From Podarcis muralis (lineage: Eukaryota), in the NCBI RefSeq assembly GCF_964188315.1, contig NC_135660.1, positions 41,478,001 to 41,542,000 of the forward strand: 64,000 bases of DNA. The letters run 5' to 3'. The translations under genes and the position numbers were made by a program. The notes beneath the pieces were generated by a model. The model was given only the letters and a program-made list of their open reading frames with translations. It ran no database searches and was not told where the DNA came from. Shown one piece after another: positions 31,801 to 43,082 of the stretch. Position 1 is the stretch's first letter. Each line of letters starts with the position of its first letter.

Positions 31801-34800
31801 CTTAGCCTTGCGAGCAGGCTGAGTACCTGCTATCACCCTCGCTAAGACACGCTGCTGGGGAAAATGCCAGGAGTTTCCGCCCTTGTGCATCCTTTGCACT
31901 GTGGGAGGTGCTAATCAATGCTTCCTCATTTCCACGTGGGGACCTCTAATTATGGATGGATATTCAAAAAAACTACAGACTCTATTGCCTGCACCTGTCA
32001 CAACCAGACACATTAAAGGGGGCAGACTGAAGACTAGGAGTTTCGGTGACTGCCAAAATATTTCACTTGTATAACCACAGCAAGCCCTCAACCTATGCGG
32101 GGTTACATTCCAGGAATCATGCCTAAATCAAAATTCACATATCATCAAAACACATTAGGTTCAATGGCAGGTGGGATTGCCAAAGTCTTTTTCCCTGGAC
32201 GCTTGTCCTCTTTTTAATTATGTTTTAATTTGCCAAGTGCATATAGCTAAATGTGCACCAGTTAAATGTGTAAGTCTCTTTCTAATTTTAACAATAGGTG
32301 TAATGTTTCATAGTTTTAAGTATTTTAGTATAGGGATTTTTTTAAAAAAAGGTTCTATACCGTGAACTACTCTGGTCCCACCTAGATGAAGAGTAGTGTA
32401 TACATGTTTTAAACAAATAAAATAACAATTATGAATATAACATCACATTTTATTACATGGTCACAGGCCCTGTAAAAGCATGAACACTTCCCCCTCCATA
32501 TGCTTTCAGCATTTAAATAACATATGAAAACCCTACTGGATCACACTTAGAGTCCATGGAGTTCAACCTCTTTTTGCAAATGCTTCTGAAGATTCCACAA
32601 GCAGGACGCTTAAGAACATATTGAAAATAAAAATAAGTTTTGCTGAGCATCTCAGTGAACAGCTGTTGACATTCCTGTTGTCCAGTTTTTTTGTGCTTGC
32701 ACCATTGATGATCTGGTCCTTTATCCTTGTCCTTGTATTTTGTAGAATAATGTCTGGCACTGAATACAACCTTTCTGATGTAGTGAACACAGGTGTGAAC
32801 TCTTTACAGCAAAGAGAGTTCATTCATGAATTGCAAATGTATGTTTAGTGGGGTGGCATAATTATAAACAGCCTCCTCACTACCTTCTCTGTCCTCAGCA
32901 ATGTCAACGGTGGTGGCAGCTCCCACAGAGACGGTCACAACACAGTGTAGTGTCAGAAGTTGCTTCCCATCCCAGAGTGGTGGTACCACCTGTCCCCAAT
33001 GCTGTGACCAACCGGGCTGTAGGGCGCTGGCTTCTAATATGCAGTGGTACTGTGGCCGGAGCTGTGGTGTTGGGTGGTGTCACTAGGTAAGGAAAATTAG
33101 CACCTCCTCTTCAAGCCTTTACTATTTTTTATTTACCCTTGACACTATGGTTCTTCAACTGTCATAGATTGTATCTTTCTGCAACCAGCAGAGATCTTCC
33201 TAGGGGCATTGCTTCCTCTTGGTCATGCCAGTGTGTGGGCCTAAACTAACTTCTGGTATCTCTCTGCCCTTTGAATGCCTGTGTCTACCCTTATTTTATA
33301 AATGCATTGTAGATAAACAATGCAGGCAGTAAAAGAAAGGTGGGATTAAAGGGTAACAAATAAATACTTTTTGTACTTACAGTCATAACAACCTTTTGAG
33401 GTATGGTAGTTAATTTAGACTATTTCAGAATTTAAAAGGTGTGATTACATATATATTTGCATCTAATTGATCACCGGTATGTTTGTGTGTAGTCAGACTT
33501 TGCATCTGCATTGCCCCCAATGTCTGAATTTTCCCATTGTGGCTTCATTCTGCTTTTCTAGATAGATGGAGGGATGCGGGTGGCGCTGTGGGTAAAACCT
33601 CAGCGCCTAGGACTTGCCGATCGCATGGTCAGCGGTTCAAATCCCCGTGGCGGGGTGCGCTCCCATTGCTCGGTCCCAGCGCCTGCCAACCTAGCTGTTC
33701 GAAAGCACCCTCGGGTGCAAGTAGATAAATAGGGACCGCTTACCAGCAGGAAGGTAAACGGCGTTTCTGTGTGCTGCGCTGGCTCGCCAGATGCAGCTTG
33801 TCACGCTGGCCACGTGACCCGGAAGTGTCTACGGACAGCGCTGGCTCCCGGCCTATAGAATGAGATGAGCGCACAACCCTAGAGTCTGGCAAGACTGGCC
33901 CGTACGGGCAGGGGTACCTTTACCTTTACCTTAGATAACACACACCATTATATCCCACATTGCTAGCATCTTCCCTCAATGGTGTGTCATTGCTGTTCTT
34001 TCCTTCTCAGGCTGACAGAGTCTGGGCTTTCAATGGTTGACTGGCATCTTGTGCGGGAGATGAAGCCTCCTCGGACACAGCAGGAGTGGGAAGCAGAATT
34101 CCAAAACTACCAGCAATTCCCAGAATTTAAAATGTATGCATGGGTTGAGCTAAAGTTCCTAGAGACTAAAATTAAATTGGGGGGGGGGGGGGGAGCCTAT
34201 TCTACTATCCCAGCAAAAGGGAAATGAGAAAAAAAGAGTATCTTGAATAGTATCTTGATAGAACTTGTCATGGAAAGAGGGGAATGGGTAACTACACCTT
34301 ACTGCAGGGTTTGTTGTTGTTTTATAAACCTTCTCTCTGAATCTAACAGCCTGAACCACAACATGACGCTGACAGAGTTCAAATTCATCTGGTACATGGA
34401 GTATTCACACCGAATGTGGGGACGGCTTGTTGGACTGGCTTACATCCTTCCAGCAGCTTACTTCTGGAGGAAGGGTTACCTCAACCGGTCCCTGAAGGGT
34501 CGTGTCGTTGCCCTCTGTGGACTTGTCTGCTTCCAGGTGGGAAAGACCACTGGGACCTTGAAATTGTTAAATGAATCATTAAATTACTCTGCCCAAGATA
34601 ACTGAGATAGAACATGAAAGGCATTGATCCTTTGCACACTCCAGGAGCTGATTTGTATGTGATCTTAGGTCTCTGGTGCACAGAAGCCCAGCAGAAGCTT
34701 CAGATCATGTTGCTTGGAGTGTTGTTAGATCTTAGTTCCTTGGAAGAGAATGTACATGATATTGGCAGGAGCAAAAGTGGTCTTAGTTTCATGCCTCTAT

Positions 34801-37800
34801 GGTACTTTTTCTTTGTTTTGGCAGGGCCTATTGGGCTGGTATATGGTAAAAAGTGGATTAGAGGAAAAGCCAGACTCTCATGATATCCCACGGGTCAGTC
34901 AGTACCGTCTAGCCGCACACCTGGGCTCTGCACTTGTTCTTTACTGCTACAGCCTGTGGACTGGACTCTCATTACTGCTGCCGCAGCACAAGGTAAGCGA
35001 AAAGTGAGGCAGACCGGGGGCATGTATTGAGTCCCAGTTGGGCCAAGAAAGCCTGTACACCAATTGCGCCTTTGGAGGGAGGCACACTGCCACTGTGCAG
35101 ACCAAACTGCCACTGTATCCTACATGTGCTCAGCCTGGAAGAGGAAAATTACAAATCTTGGGAAATGTCAAAGAGATAACGTTCCTGGAAACACCACCAA
35201 AGCTTACCAGTCAAGAACTCTGTTAGCACTGACACTCCCATGCATAGAGGGAGCCAATGAACTTGCAGTGGGAGGCACACACTCCTGCATCACATGCAAA
35301 ACTAGCACCTGTTGGCAATTCTCATATTAGGTAGGGTTCCAAATCTCAGGTAGGGTTTCAAATCCCTTTATGGTGATCACAGCCACTTCTTCGGAGCATC
35401 ACACGAAAAGGGAAGAAAGGAGAGCCCACACAACACTGCACCCTCATAGTTCACTTGGTAGGATGGCCTCTTAAGAGGGTAGTTATTTAAGAAAGCATAG
35501 CAGGAGAAATGCAGACTGAGAAGAATTCAGCCTGGCATGAGCTATTCCATTTCTTACAGTGCAGTCTGCCACAACTTCCTCCAGTTCTAGCGAGGCGGCA
35601 TCCTTGCCACAGAAGATATTGCCATGCACTTTTGCCCTACACATCCAGGCAGTAGATGCTTCTGAGGCCTGTGGATCTGGTCTTGGTATGGTGACTTGAC
35701 AGTAGGATTAAATCAAGCATGCAGATGCTAACTGGCTGCTTCCAAGAACGCCTGGTGATTTCTATAAAATTTGGTAGATTTGGGTTCATAGATATAATTG
35801 GATGTAAGCCATGTCCATTAAGGGCCGTGCAGCATAACAGCTGAGTGAGAAGAGCAGAAGTCCTTGCTGCCTTAGCCATTGAGAGTGAAATAAATACGTT
35901 CCTCTTCTGTCAGGAGTCTTATTGGAAACGTGTATATATGCTGAGCCTATGGAACACTAGTTTCCTTTGCACATACTCCCTTTAGAATATATAAAAAGGC
36001 CATTGCATATTCTTGTGATCCTCCTCCTGTTTTGACAGTTACCAGAAACCCGTCAACTCCTGCGCCTAAGAAGGTTTGCTCATGGAACATCAGGCCTGAT
36101 CTTTCTCACTGCCCTCTCAGGTAAAAGTCCCTGTCACTTTTGCACCAATCTCTTTCTTTTGAGAAGCAATAGGCAGCATGGTCATGGATGTGTGTTTCTT
36201 GCTTCATTTCCCATTGGGAGGGTCTAGACTTTTTCAATTCCAGGTTACTGAAATGCTTCCTCTTCATGCTGGTCAGACAACATCACTGGGAACTGTTTTG
36301 TGGCCTTGAGGGAAGGACCTAAAACTCTCACCGTGTTGGCTTTTAGGTGGCTTGTTCTATTACATTCATACTTCCAAGTGTGACAGACTCTCTTCTCTGG
36401 AACTCTAGGGGCATTTGTGGCAGGACTGGATGCTGGTCTTGTATACAATTCATTTCCCAAGATGGGGGAACGCTGGATCCCTGATGATCTCCTTGCCTTT
36501 TCCCCAAAGTTGAAGAACATATTTGAGAATCCCACAACCGTGCAGTTTGATCACAGGATTCTGGTATGTTTCTTCCTCTTTATGCTCTTAGATAACACCT
36601 CTTTTTTAATTGGTTGCCGTTCTTGGGTTTGTGTTCATTCCAGGTGGCAGTGTAACTGGGAATGTGGGAATGCAGGCCCCTTAACTCAGAGTAGAGCACT
36701 TGTTTGCATGCCTAAAGTACTGGTTTCCATCTCCACTGTCTCTAATTAAAGGGTGCAAGTTACAAAGGGGGGGGGGTTAGTCTAAACATTAAGGAGAACA
36801 TCATGATGACATGAGTTTTTTGAAAGAGGAGCAGACTGCCCCAGAAGTGATGGACTCTTTTTCAGAGGCTGGATGGTCAGGGATGCTGTAGTAGTGAGGT
36901 TCCTGCATTGCCTTTGGACTAGAATCAGTGTTTCCCAACCTTGTGCCTCCAGCTGTTTTTGGCCTACAATTCCCATCATCCCTTGCCACTGGTCTTGCTA
37001 GTCAGGGATGATGGGAGTTGTGGGCCAAAAACATCTGGAGGCACAAGGTTGGGAAACACTGGACTAGATGACCTTTTAAGATCCCTTCCAACTCCACTTC
37101 TAAGCCCTTTGTTGTCATTGCAAAGCTTCTCTGGTTCCCTCACTGGATATTTACTCTTTTCCCTTTAGGGAGTTTCCTCTGTCGCAGCCATTACAGGTCT
37201 GTACCTGTTTTCCAGGAAGATTCCTCTCCCACGGAGGACAAGGATGGCAGTTGCTTCCTTACTGGCTGTGGCATACCTCCAGGTATTAACTATGCCCTTT
37301 AAAACACCCTTTTAATTGTCACTTAGTAGTGTCCGCTGATGGAATGGCAGGTTTCCCCTTCCTTCCAGGTAGGTGCCTGCCTTCTCGTCACTGATAAAGC
37401 TATCTTGGTTGCTGGTCTCAGGCATTTAAAACTGAAATTGGTGGGGACCAATTTTTATTTATTTATTTATTTGGCTTTGACGAACAAAGGGGGGAAATAG
37501 AGCTGCAGTCGTGCTCTTCTGTGGAAATATTGCACAGTGCTATGGTCACTGCCCTTCTCTGCCTTCTGGGTTTAAACTGAGAAGGCAAAGGGGGAACATC
37601 AGTGCAGTTTCATTAGCATTTTATCATGAAGCACAATGACAGCTACCTCATCCTGTAGCAGGTTATTTACGGTGGGAGAGAGACAGAACATATAAAAATC
37701 CCCATACCAATTGCTTATGAAGCTTCTTGTGTATAATTCTGTGCTATAAGAATACGATGCAGATGTATTTGCACATACTTCTACATTTCAGGTATACTGG

Positions 37801-37985
37801 TAAGCAAACTTTGCTTACGTCTGAAACTTCATTTTATTCTTGCTCCTCTGCAGGTTACCCTGGGCATCAGCACACTTCTCCTGTATGTCCCAACTCCTTT
37901 AGCAGCCACTCATCAATCAGGTTCCTTGGTATTGCTCAGTGTGGCGTTGTGGCTGATGCATGAACTGAAGCGGATCCCAAAATAA
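31620..37985 (+). CDS. COX15: Heme A synthase COX15
   Basis: Exons: 31620-31691 (Arg/Leu-rich presequence [18 protein letters not shown]), 32899-33086, 34011-34133 ([11 protein letters not shown]), 34350-34536 ([12 protein letters not shown]), 34825-34992 ([12 protein letters not shown]), 36039-36120, 36409-36563 ([10 protein letters not shown]...QFDHR), 37169-37282, 37854-37985 (LAATHQSGS...RIPK*). 1221 nt, 406 aa, all GT-AG. AATAAA at 38517-38522 and 38795-38800. Confidence 0.96.
33571..33931 (+). mobile_element. Sauria-type SINE (subfamily B), full length, in COX15 intron 2
   Basis: GGGATGCGGGTGGCGCTGTGGG head, (TTTACC)n tail, possible TAGATA target-site duplication. Confidence 0.9.
36926..37061. 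mobile_element. Palindromic hAT-type MITE nested in a CR1 3' fragment
   Basis: 27-bp perfect TIR CAGTGTTTCCCAACCTTGTGCCTCCAG; flanks GACTAGAAT and GACTAGAT. The surrounding sequence (~36828-37100) reads as a CR1 tail (GGACTAGATGACC...CCCTTCCAACTC). Decayed relatives near 811-930, 14800-14930, 27574-27693, 40985-41110, 51320-51560, 61410-61460. Confidence 0.8.
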
Positions 37986-38819
37986 CCCTGCTTCCCTATT
38001 TAGCCAGCCTCTGCTAGTGCTGAAGGTTCACGGTTGCTGCTACCTTTGCCCCACGTGTTGTATGCTCCTCTTCCTGAAAGCCTTAATTTGAACAGAAGGC
38101 GAGGCCGAGCAGCACCTTGATGTCAGGAGTTGAAGTGCTTTGTTGCAAAACTTTGTGAACATGAATACCATCCTTTGCTTAAGGTGTGATGTTGATAAGG
38201 CGGGCTCTGGCAAGAATGATGGTCGCTTGAGGTGTGTCTTGCTTCCTGCTGAGCTATCTGTATGAGGCTACAGCCATGAGCCTTTTACATTCTTTGTAGG
38301 CTTGATATAGACAATGGATTATGGGGTTAGTGGGCCTAGAAATTTGGATGAATAGCAAATGAAGGCATTTCAAAACTGTATTATAAGGGTGATGGGTGGC
38401 CTAGTTTGTGGATTTTCTTTAGCAGAATGGGGTTTGAGTGCAATTTTTTGCATTAGAATATTGAAATGTGCACTGTAATTTAACCATGCAGAAGACCCAC
38501 AGTCCTTTCCTTATTTAATAAAAAAAGTTTCTCAATATTTCTCAATATCTCAGTATTTTAAAACTGACTGTTCTTACAATGTCCCTATGCAATGTACCTT
38601 CATAAGAAACTGCTGCAGCAAACCAAAGGCTCCATTAAGTCCATCATCTTGTTCTCAGTGGCCAACCAGATGCCTGTGGTAGCTTTCAAACAGGCACATG
38701 AGTGGGTTGATTTGGAACACGTTTCATTAACATCAATATCCACAAAGGATTTTTTCTGGGAGGGGTGGGGGGGAGTAAATGCTGCAAATGAGTAAATAAA
38801 CATAACTAGCAGCAGAGAA

Positions 38820-39250
38820 CCTCGCAATACACCCTCCGAGGCAGCAGGGGGCGGTACGACACAGGCAACTCCATTCGGAACCGAGGCTCCAAAATACGGG
38901 GTGGCGAAGGGGGGAAAACACCGGGAGGGCGCACGGAATTCTGATTGGTTGCGGACCGGGCCAGAAGCGAAGGAAGCGACCGGCGGAGGGGCGGAGACTC
39001 ACTCTTCTTGCGGTCTCGGCGGCGGCGGCTTCTTGTCCTTCATCCCGTCGGTCGCTCCCAACCTGCCTCGCTATGACGGCGCACAGCTTCGCGCTGCCGA
39101 TCATCCTCTTCTCGGTCTTCTGGGGGCTCGTGGGAATCGCCGGGCCGTGGCTCGTGCCCAAGGGGCCCAACCGCGGGTGAGGCTCCCCGCCCGCGCAGCC
39201 TCCGCCCGCCCGATCCACCGCCAGGTCTCACGGTCATCGCCATCGCCAAA
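38820..39250 (+). promoter_or_regulatory. CpG-island promoter of the ATP6V0E2-like gene
   Basis: CpG-rich segment with reverse CCAAT (ATTGG 38944-38948) and GC box GGGGCGG 38988-38994 upstream of the ATG at 39073. Confidence 0.65.
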
Positions 39251-39343
39251 TAGATCAATATATGCATTGTGATCTATAATTGCGAGGGAAGGGTGGTGGT
39301 GGTCCCTGCTAAAGGCTTTGAGAATATCTGTATCTAGATAGAT

Positions 39344-39388
<45 letters not shown>

Positions 39389-40796
39389 GTGAGAATGACC
39401 TATATATCAAAATAGATCACTATATAGAGATACTGATATATTGGGAGATGACATGACACACACAAAGCCTTAGCAGGGACCAGCACCCGCTTCCCCCGCA
39501 AGTGCGACACTCGCAGGCTTTCCTTCTCCGCAGCCGCCTTTGGCCTTGAAGGCGGCCTGATCCACGGATGCTGTGAATGGGACTCCGCATCGCTTCAGAC
39601 TGCCAAGTGTGTGTGTGGGGGGGGTCACATTTATGAATGCTCCCTCGCGTTGGAAACACCAACGACCCTGCAAATAGCAAACTAGTATAGCAGCCAAAGG
39701 GCTGGGCTAGGGTATTTTTCTCTTATGAACACGGTATATAGGAGTCGGGGTGTGGGAGCAGGGAGGAAGAGGGTTGAGGAGTGCCTGATCTGGGAATCCT
39801 TTCTCCTGTGTGACCCCCTTGATTGCTTCTGTAACAGCACAATCCTATCCATGTCTACTCAGAAGTAATTCCTAATATATTCAGTGGGGTTTACTCCCAG
39901 GTAAGTAGGGTTAGGATTGCAGCTTTACTCAATCTTTTTTCTTTTTCATTGTTTTCACTTCACAGAGTGATTATTACCATGTTGGTGACCACAGCCATTT
40001 CCTGCTATCTCTTGTGAGTATTGCGTAGGGGAGATGGGTTGTGGGTGTAGGGCTGGGTTGTACCCAGCAGGAAACCAACCACCCTCATAACTTTATCTAA
40101 CTGGCTGCTTCCTGAATATTGGGGATCTAAGAAGGAATCCCAAATAGAAGAGGCTCTCCTGTATACACCACCTTGGAGATGCTCAAGCCAGGTCCTTATT
40201 CTACACATAGGTGCATAAACAGCGTGCCTCTCTCTCATAAAATAAGCTTTTGGGTAATCTTGGATCATGGTACACTGTCTCTTCCAATATGTCCTAGCAT
40301 CATTCATGCATGATACTCCCAGGACCCCATATATGAACAAGGAGTGGATTTTGCATCCCACAACAAGCCTTAGACCATCTCTGATCATGCACCAAAGCAC
40401 TAGACTGTTCTAGCTGCTATGACATCCTGTCTGGCTCAGCTGTTATGCTAAGCTTGACACTCTCAGGCATAATGCACCAGGGCAGATCTTATCTCCTTGT
40501 AGTACATTTAAAGAACTAGAAGACCTTGCTCCCTAGATTGTATATCCCTCCTACAGTGATACTGTCCTCTTTATAAGAATAACTGTTACTTGCAAAAATG
40601 ACCTAGCAGTTACTTGCAAAATATAACTTTTTGTATTTCAGCACTAGTGCAAAAGGAGTTGTGATCCAGTTTATATGTCTCCTTCCTATCTTTCCCTTGC
40701 AGCTGGCTTATAGCACTCCTGGCCCAGGCCAACCCGCTGTTTGGACCCCAGCTGAAGAATGAGACCATCTGGTATGTGCGCTTCCTGTGGGAGTGA
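39073..40796 (+). CDS. ATP6V0E2: V-type proton ATPase subunit e2 (V0 sector), 81 aa
   Basis: Exons 39073-39176 (104 nt), 39966-40013 (48 nt), 40703-40796 (94 nt), all GT-AG. They encode [81 protein letters not shown]. The KGPNRG and [14 protein letters not shown] motifs are those of subunit e, and the termini MTAHSFALP and YVRFLWE match e2 rather than e1 as I recall them. Non-coding last exon from ~41316 with AATAAA at 41817-41822. Confidence 0.93.
39335..39388. repeat. (GATA)n microsatellite
   Basis: About 13 GATA units with one GAT interruption. Confidence 0.95.
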
Positions 40797-43082
40797 ACTG
40801 GACCACTATCAACCAATTCAACAGGTACTTGCTCTATCCAGCGCTACCTAACCTACCTTACTAACACACACATACATTAGATGCAACTCATTAATAGCTT
40901 GTAAGAAAAAGGAATCTATTTGCTTCCAGTTTACAAAGATTCCCTTCCTTGGTTCATTGCCTGACTCACCTGTCAATGGCATAGCCCAGGGATGGGGAAC
41001 TTATGGTTCTCTAGATGTTATTGGATTCTGACTCCTATTAGCCCAAGCCAATATAGCCAGTCAGGGATCATAGTCCAGCCACATGAGAATCATAGGTCCC
41101 ATCCCTGGCTTAACCAATAAAACCAGAAAGGTACCTGTAATCTGTCTCCCAGAGTGTTGTCACTGTGGTTCTATAAGACAAGTCACTTTCTCGTTGTCTG
41201 TAAAAGGTAGCTATGGTAAATCTCACTGAAAGGGCAACAGGTTGATTGTTCCCAGATATCTTCTATCCTGCTGGGGTAAAGTGAATACTAAGAAATCTTT
41301 TTCTCTTTTTCCTAGGCTTCCTTCTGATGCTAGATAACAGCTCCACCCCTTGTCCTTTCCAGTACTAACTCAACGGATCTTTTGTTTGCACTCTAAATTT
41401 CCCCACAGCGGTAGGGCCAAGACCCAAACATATGAAGGGACCATTTCACTTGTTTAACCATCTCCCACCTGTTTTAATTGATGCATCTTGGTGGCATCTG
41501 CTCTTGGGTTTGATGTTGTAACTAAATGTTCCTCTCTTGGCAGTTAGGGGAAATGTTTAGATTTTGAAAGTCCTGTAATGAACGCTAAGACTGAATAATT
41601 GCTGATGGAGCTCTGGAACACCCTCTTGGGCAAGATACAAGACACCTTCCTTACTTTTACATGGTGATGCTCGCCCAGTAGATCTGTTCTCTCCCTATCT
41701 TTCTCCATTAGCAGTGAGGCTGCTGCACTAGGATGCATTTGCCTAGAATTCCCCCTTCCACTATTATTTATAATGTTGTGTATTTGTATTTATTCAGTGT
41801 AAACTGGTATCGTGAAAATAAATTTTTTTAGTATGTGAGCTTTTTTTGTCTTCTGTTAAAGAGATCTGATATGGGGCCCAGAAGTGCTTGAAATTCAGCC
41901 AAGGTAATACTCCAGCCTCCATCCATAGCATCTAATTGGTACTGGGCTGAAATCAAAAGTGGTGTGTGTTTCCTGACAAGGAGCACTTCAGTAAACTATC
42001 CAGGTGGTGTAAGCAACTAAGCCACTGCAAATTTCCAGACTAGGATTTATGAAAGTAACCCTATTGTGTTCAGGACGATACAGCAATAAAGCAAGCTCTT
42101 TTCCTTTGGTCTACAATTGTAGATTGGTTCTCATTCTTGAGCACAGGTGAGAAATTATGGTTTTTACAGCTAGTAAAACCAACCAGCTACAGCAACCAAC
42201 AAGCTTCCAGCACAACTAGCATCAAGAAACGCTGCTTACACAGTTCAGCATAATTTATTGCTACAGTAACTGGAGTTCAAGTATGAAAACAAATTCATAA
42301 TTTAACTTAGCCCATAGTTGATTGAGTTTATGGGCTAGGTGTTGTTAAAACAAGTACCAGGGACAGCGTTCCACACTTCAAGGTGGTCTTCTGTGAAACT
42401 TGGAACTGCTGGAAGCCCCAGTGCCAGGACAACAGCACTGAGACACACTGAATGATGGGTAAATGTGGGATTTGAAAGGAGTTTGTGCAAAATGTATTTG
42501 TGGGGAGGAGTGTGAAGGAAGGCAGCAGATTATCTGCCTTGGTTTTTTTAAAAGGATATTTCTTACCCTCAAGGAATCCTGTTTGCACAACTCCTTTTTT
42601 GGTCCTATCACAGACATCAACAGAAGTAGGGGGGGGGGAAAGATGTGATCGTAGTAAAGCATCAGAAAGAACCACTTTCTTTCCTTTTGCGGGAGAGCTG
42701 TCCAGTTCTTGGCCACACAAGGTCCTTCTCCCTCCCTTCCTGAGTAAATCAAGTTTCTTTGGTCACTTTCAGCTATGTTGCCTTTTGCCCACTGTCAAGG
42801 GTAGCAGAGATCAGCTTCCCTTGCCTCACAGCACCTGCAGCTTGATTCTCCCACAGTGGCTGGGGATTTCAGCCACGGAGGAAAATCTAGAGTCCATTAG
42901 GGTTGAGCGGCTTAGGTTTGGGGGCAGACAAATCTGAGCAGACACTGTTTAGGCCCTGGGGTTGGGCTGGAGTCCTGCAGAATTCTGGACTAGCCCGCAA
43001 GAGAATCACAGCTTCTGGCCCATTAAAAGCCACTGCCAATAGGGCAGACATGGAGAGAGTTCACCAAGAGGTAGTTCTTTTG

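Noticed and set aside
32563-32848. ORFs in COX15 intron 1, and an alternative acceptor at 32849
   Set aside because: No homology. The 32849 acceptor gives an in-frame stop, whereas 32899 keeps the frame.
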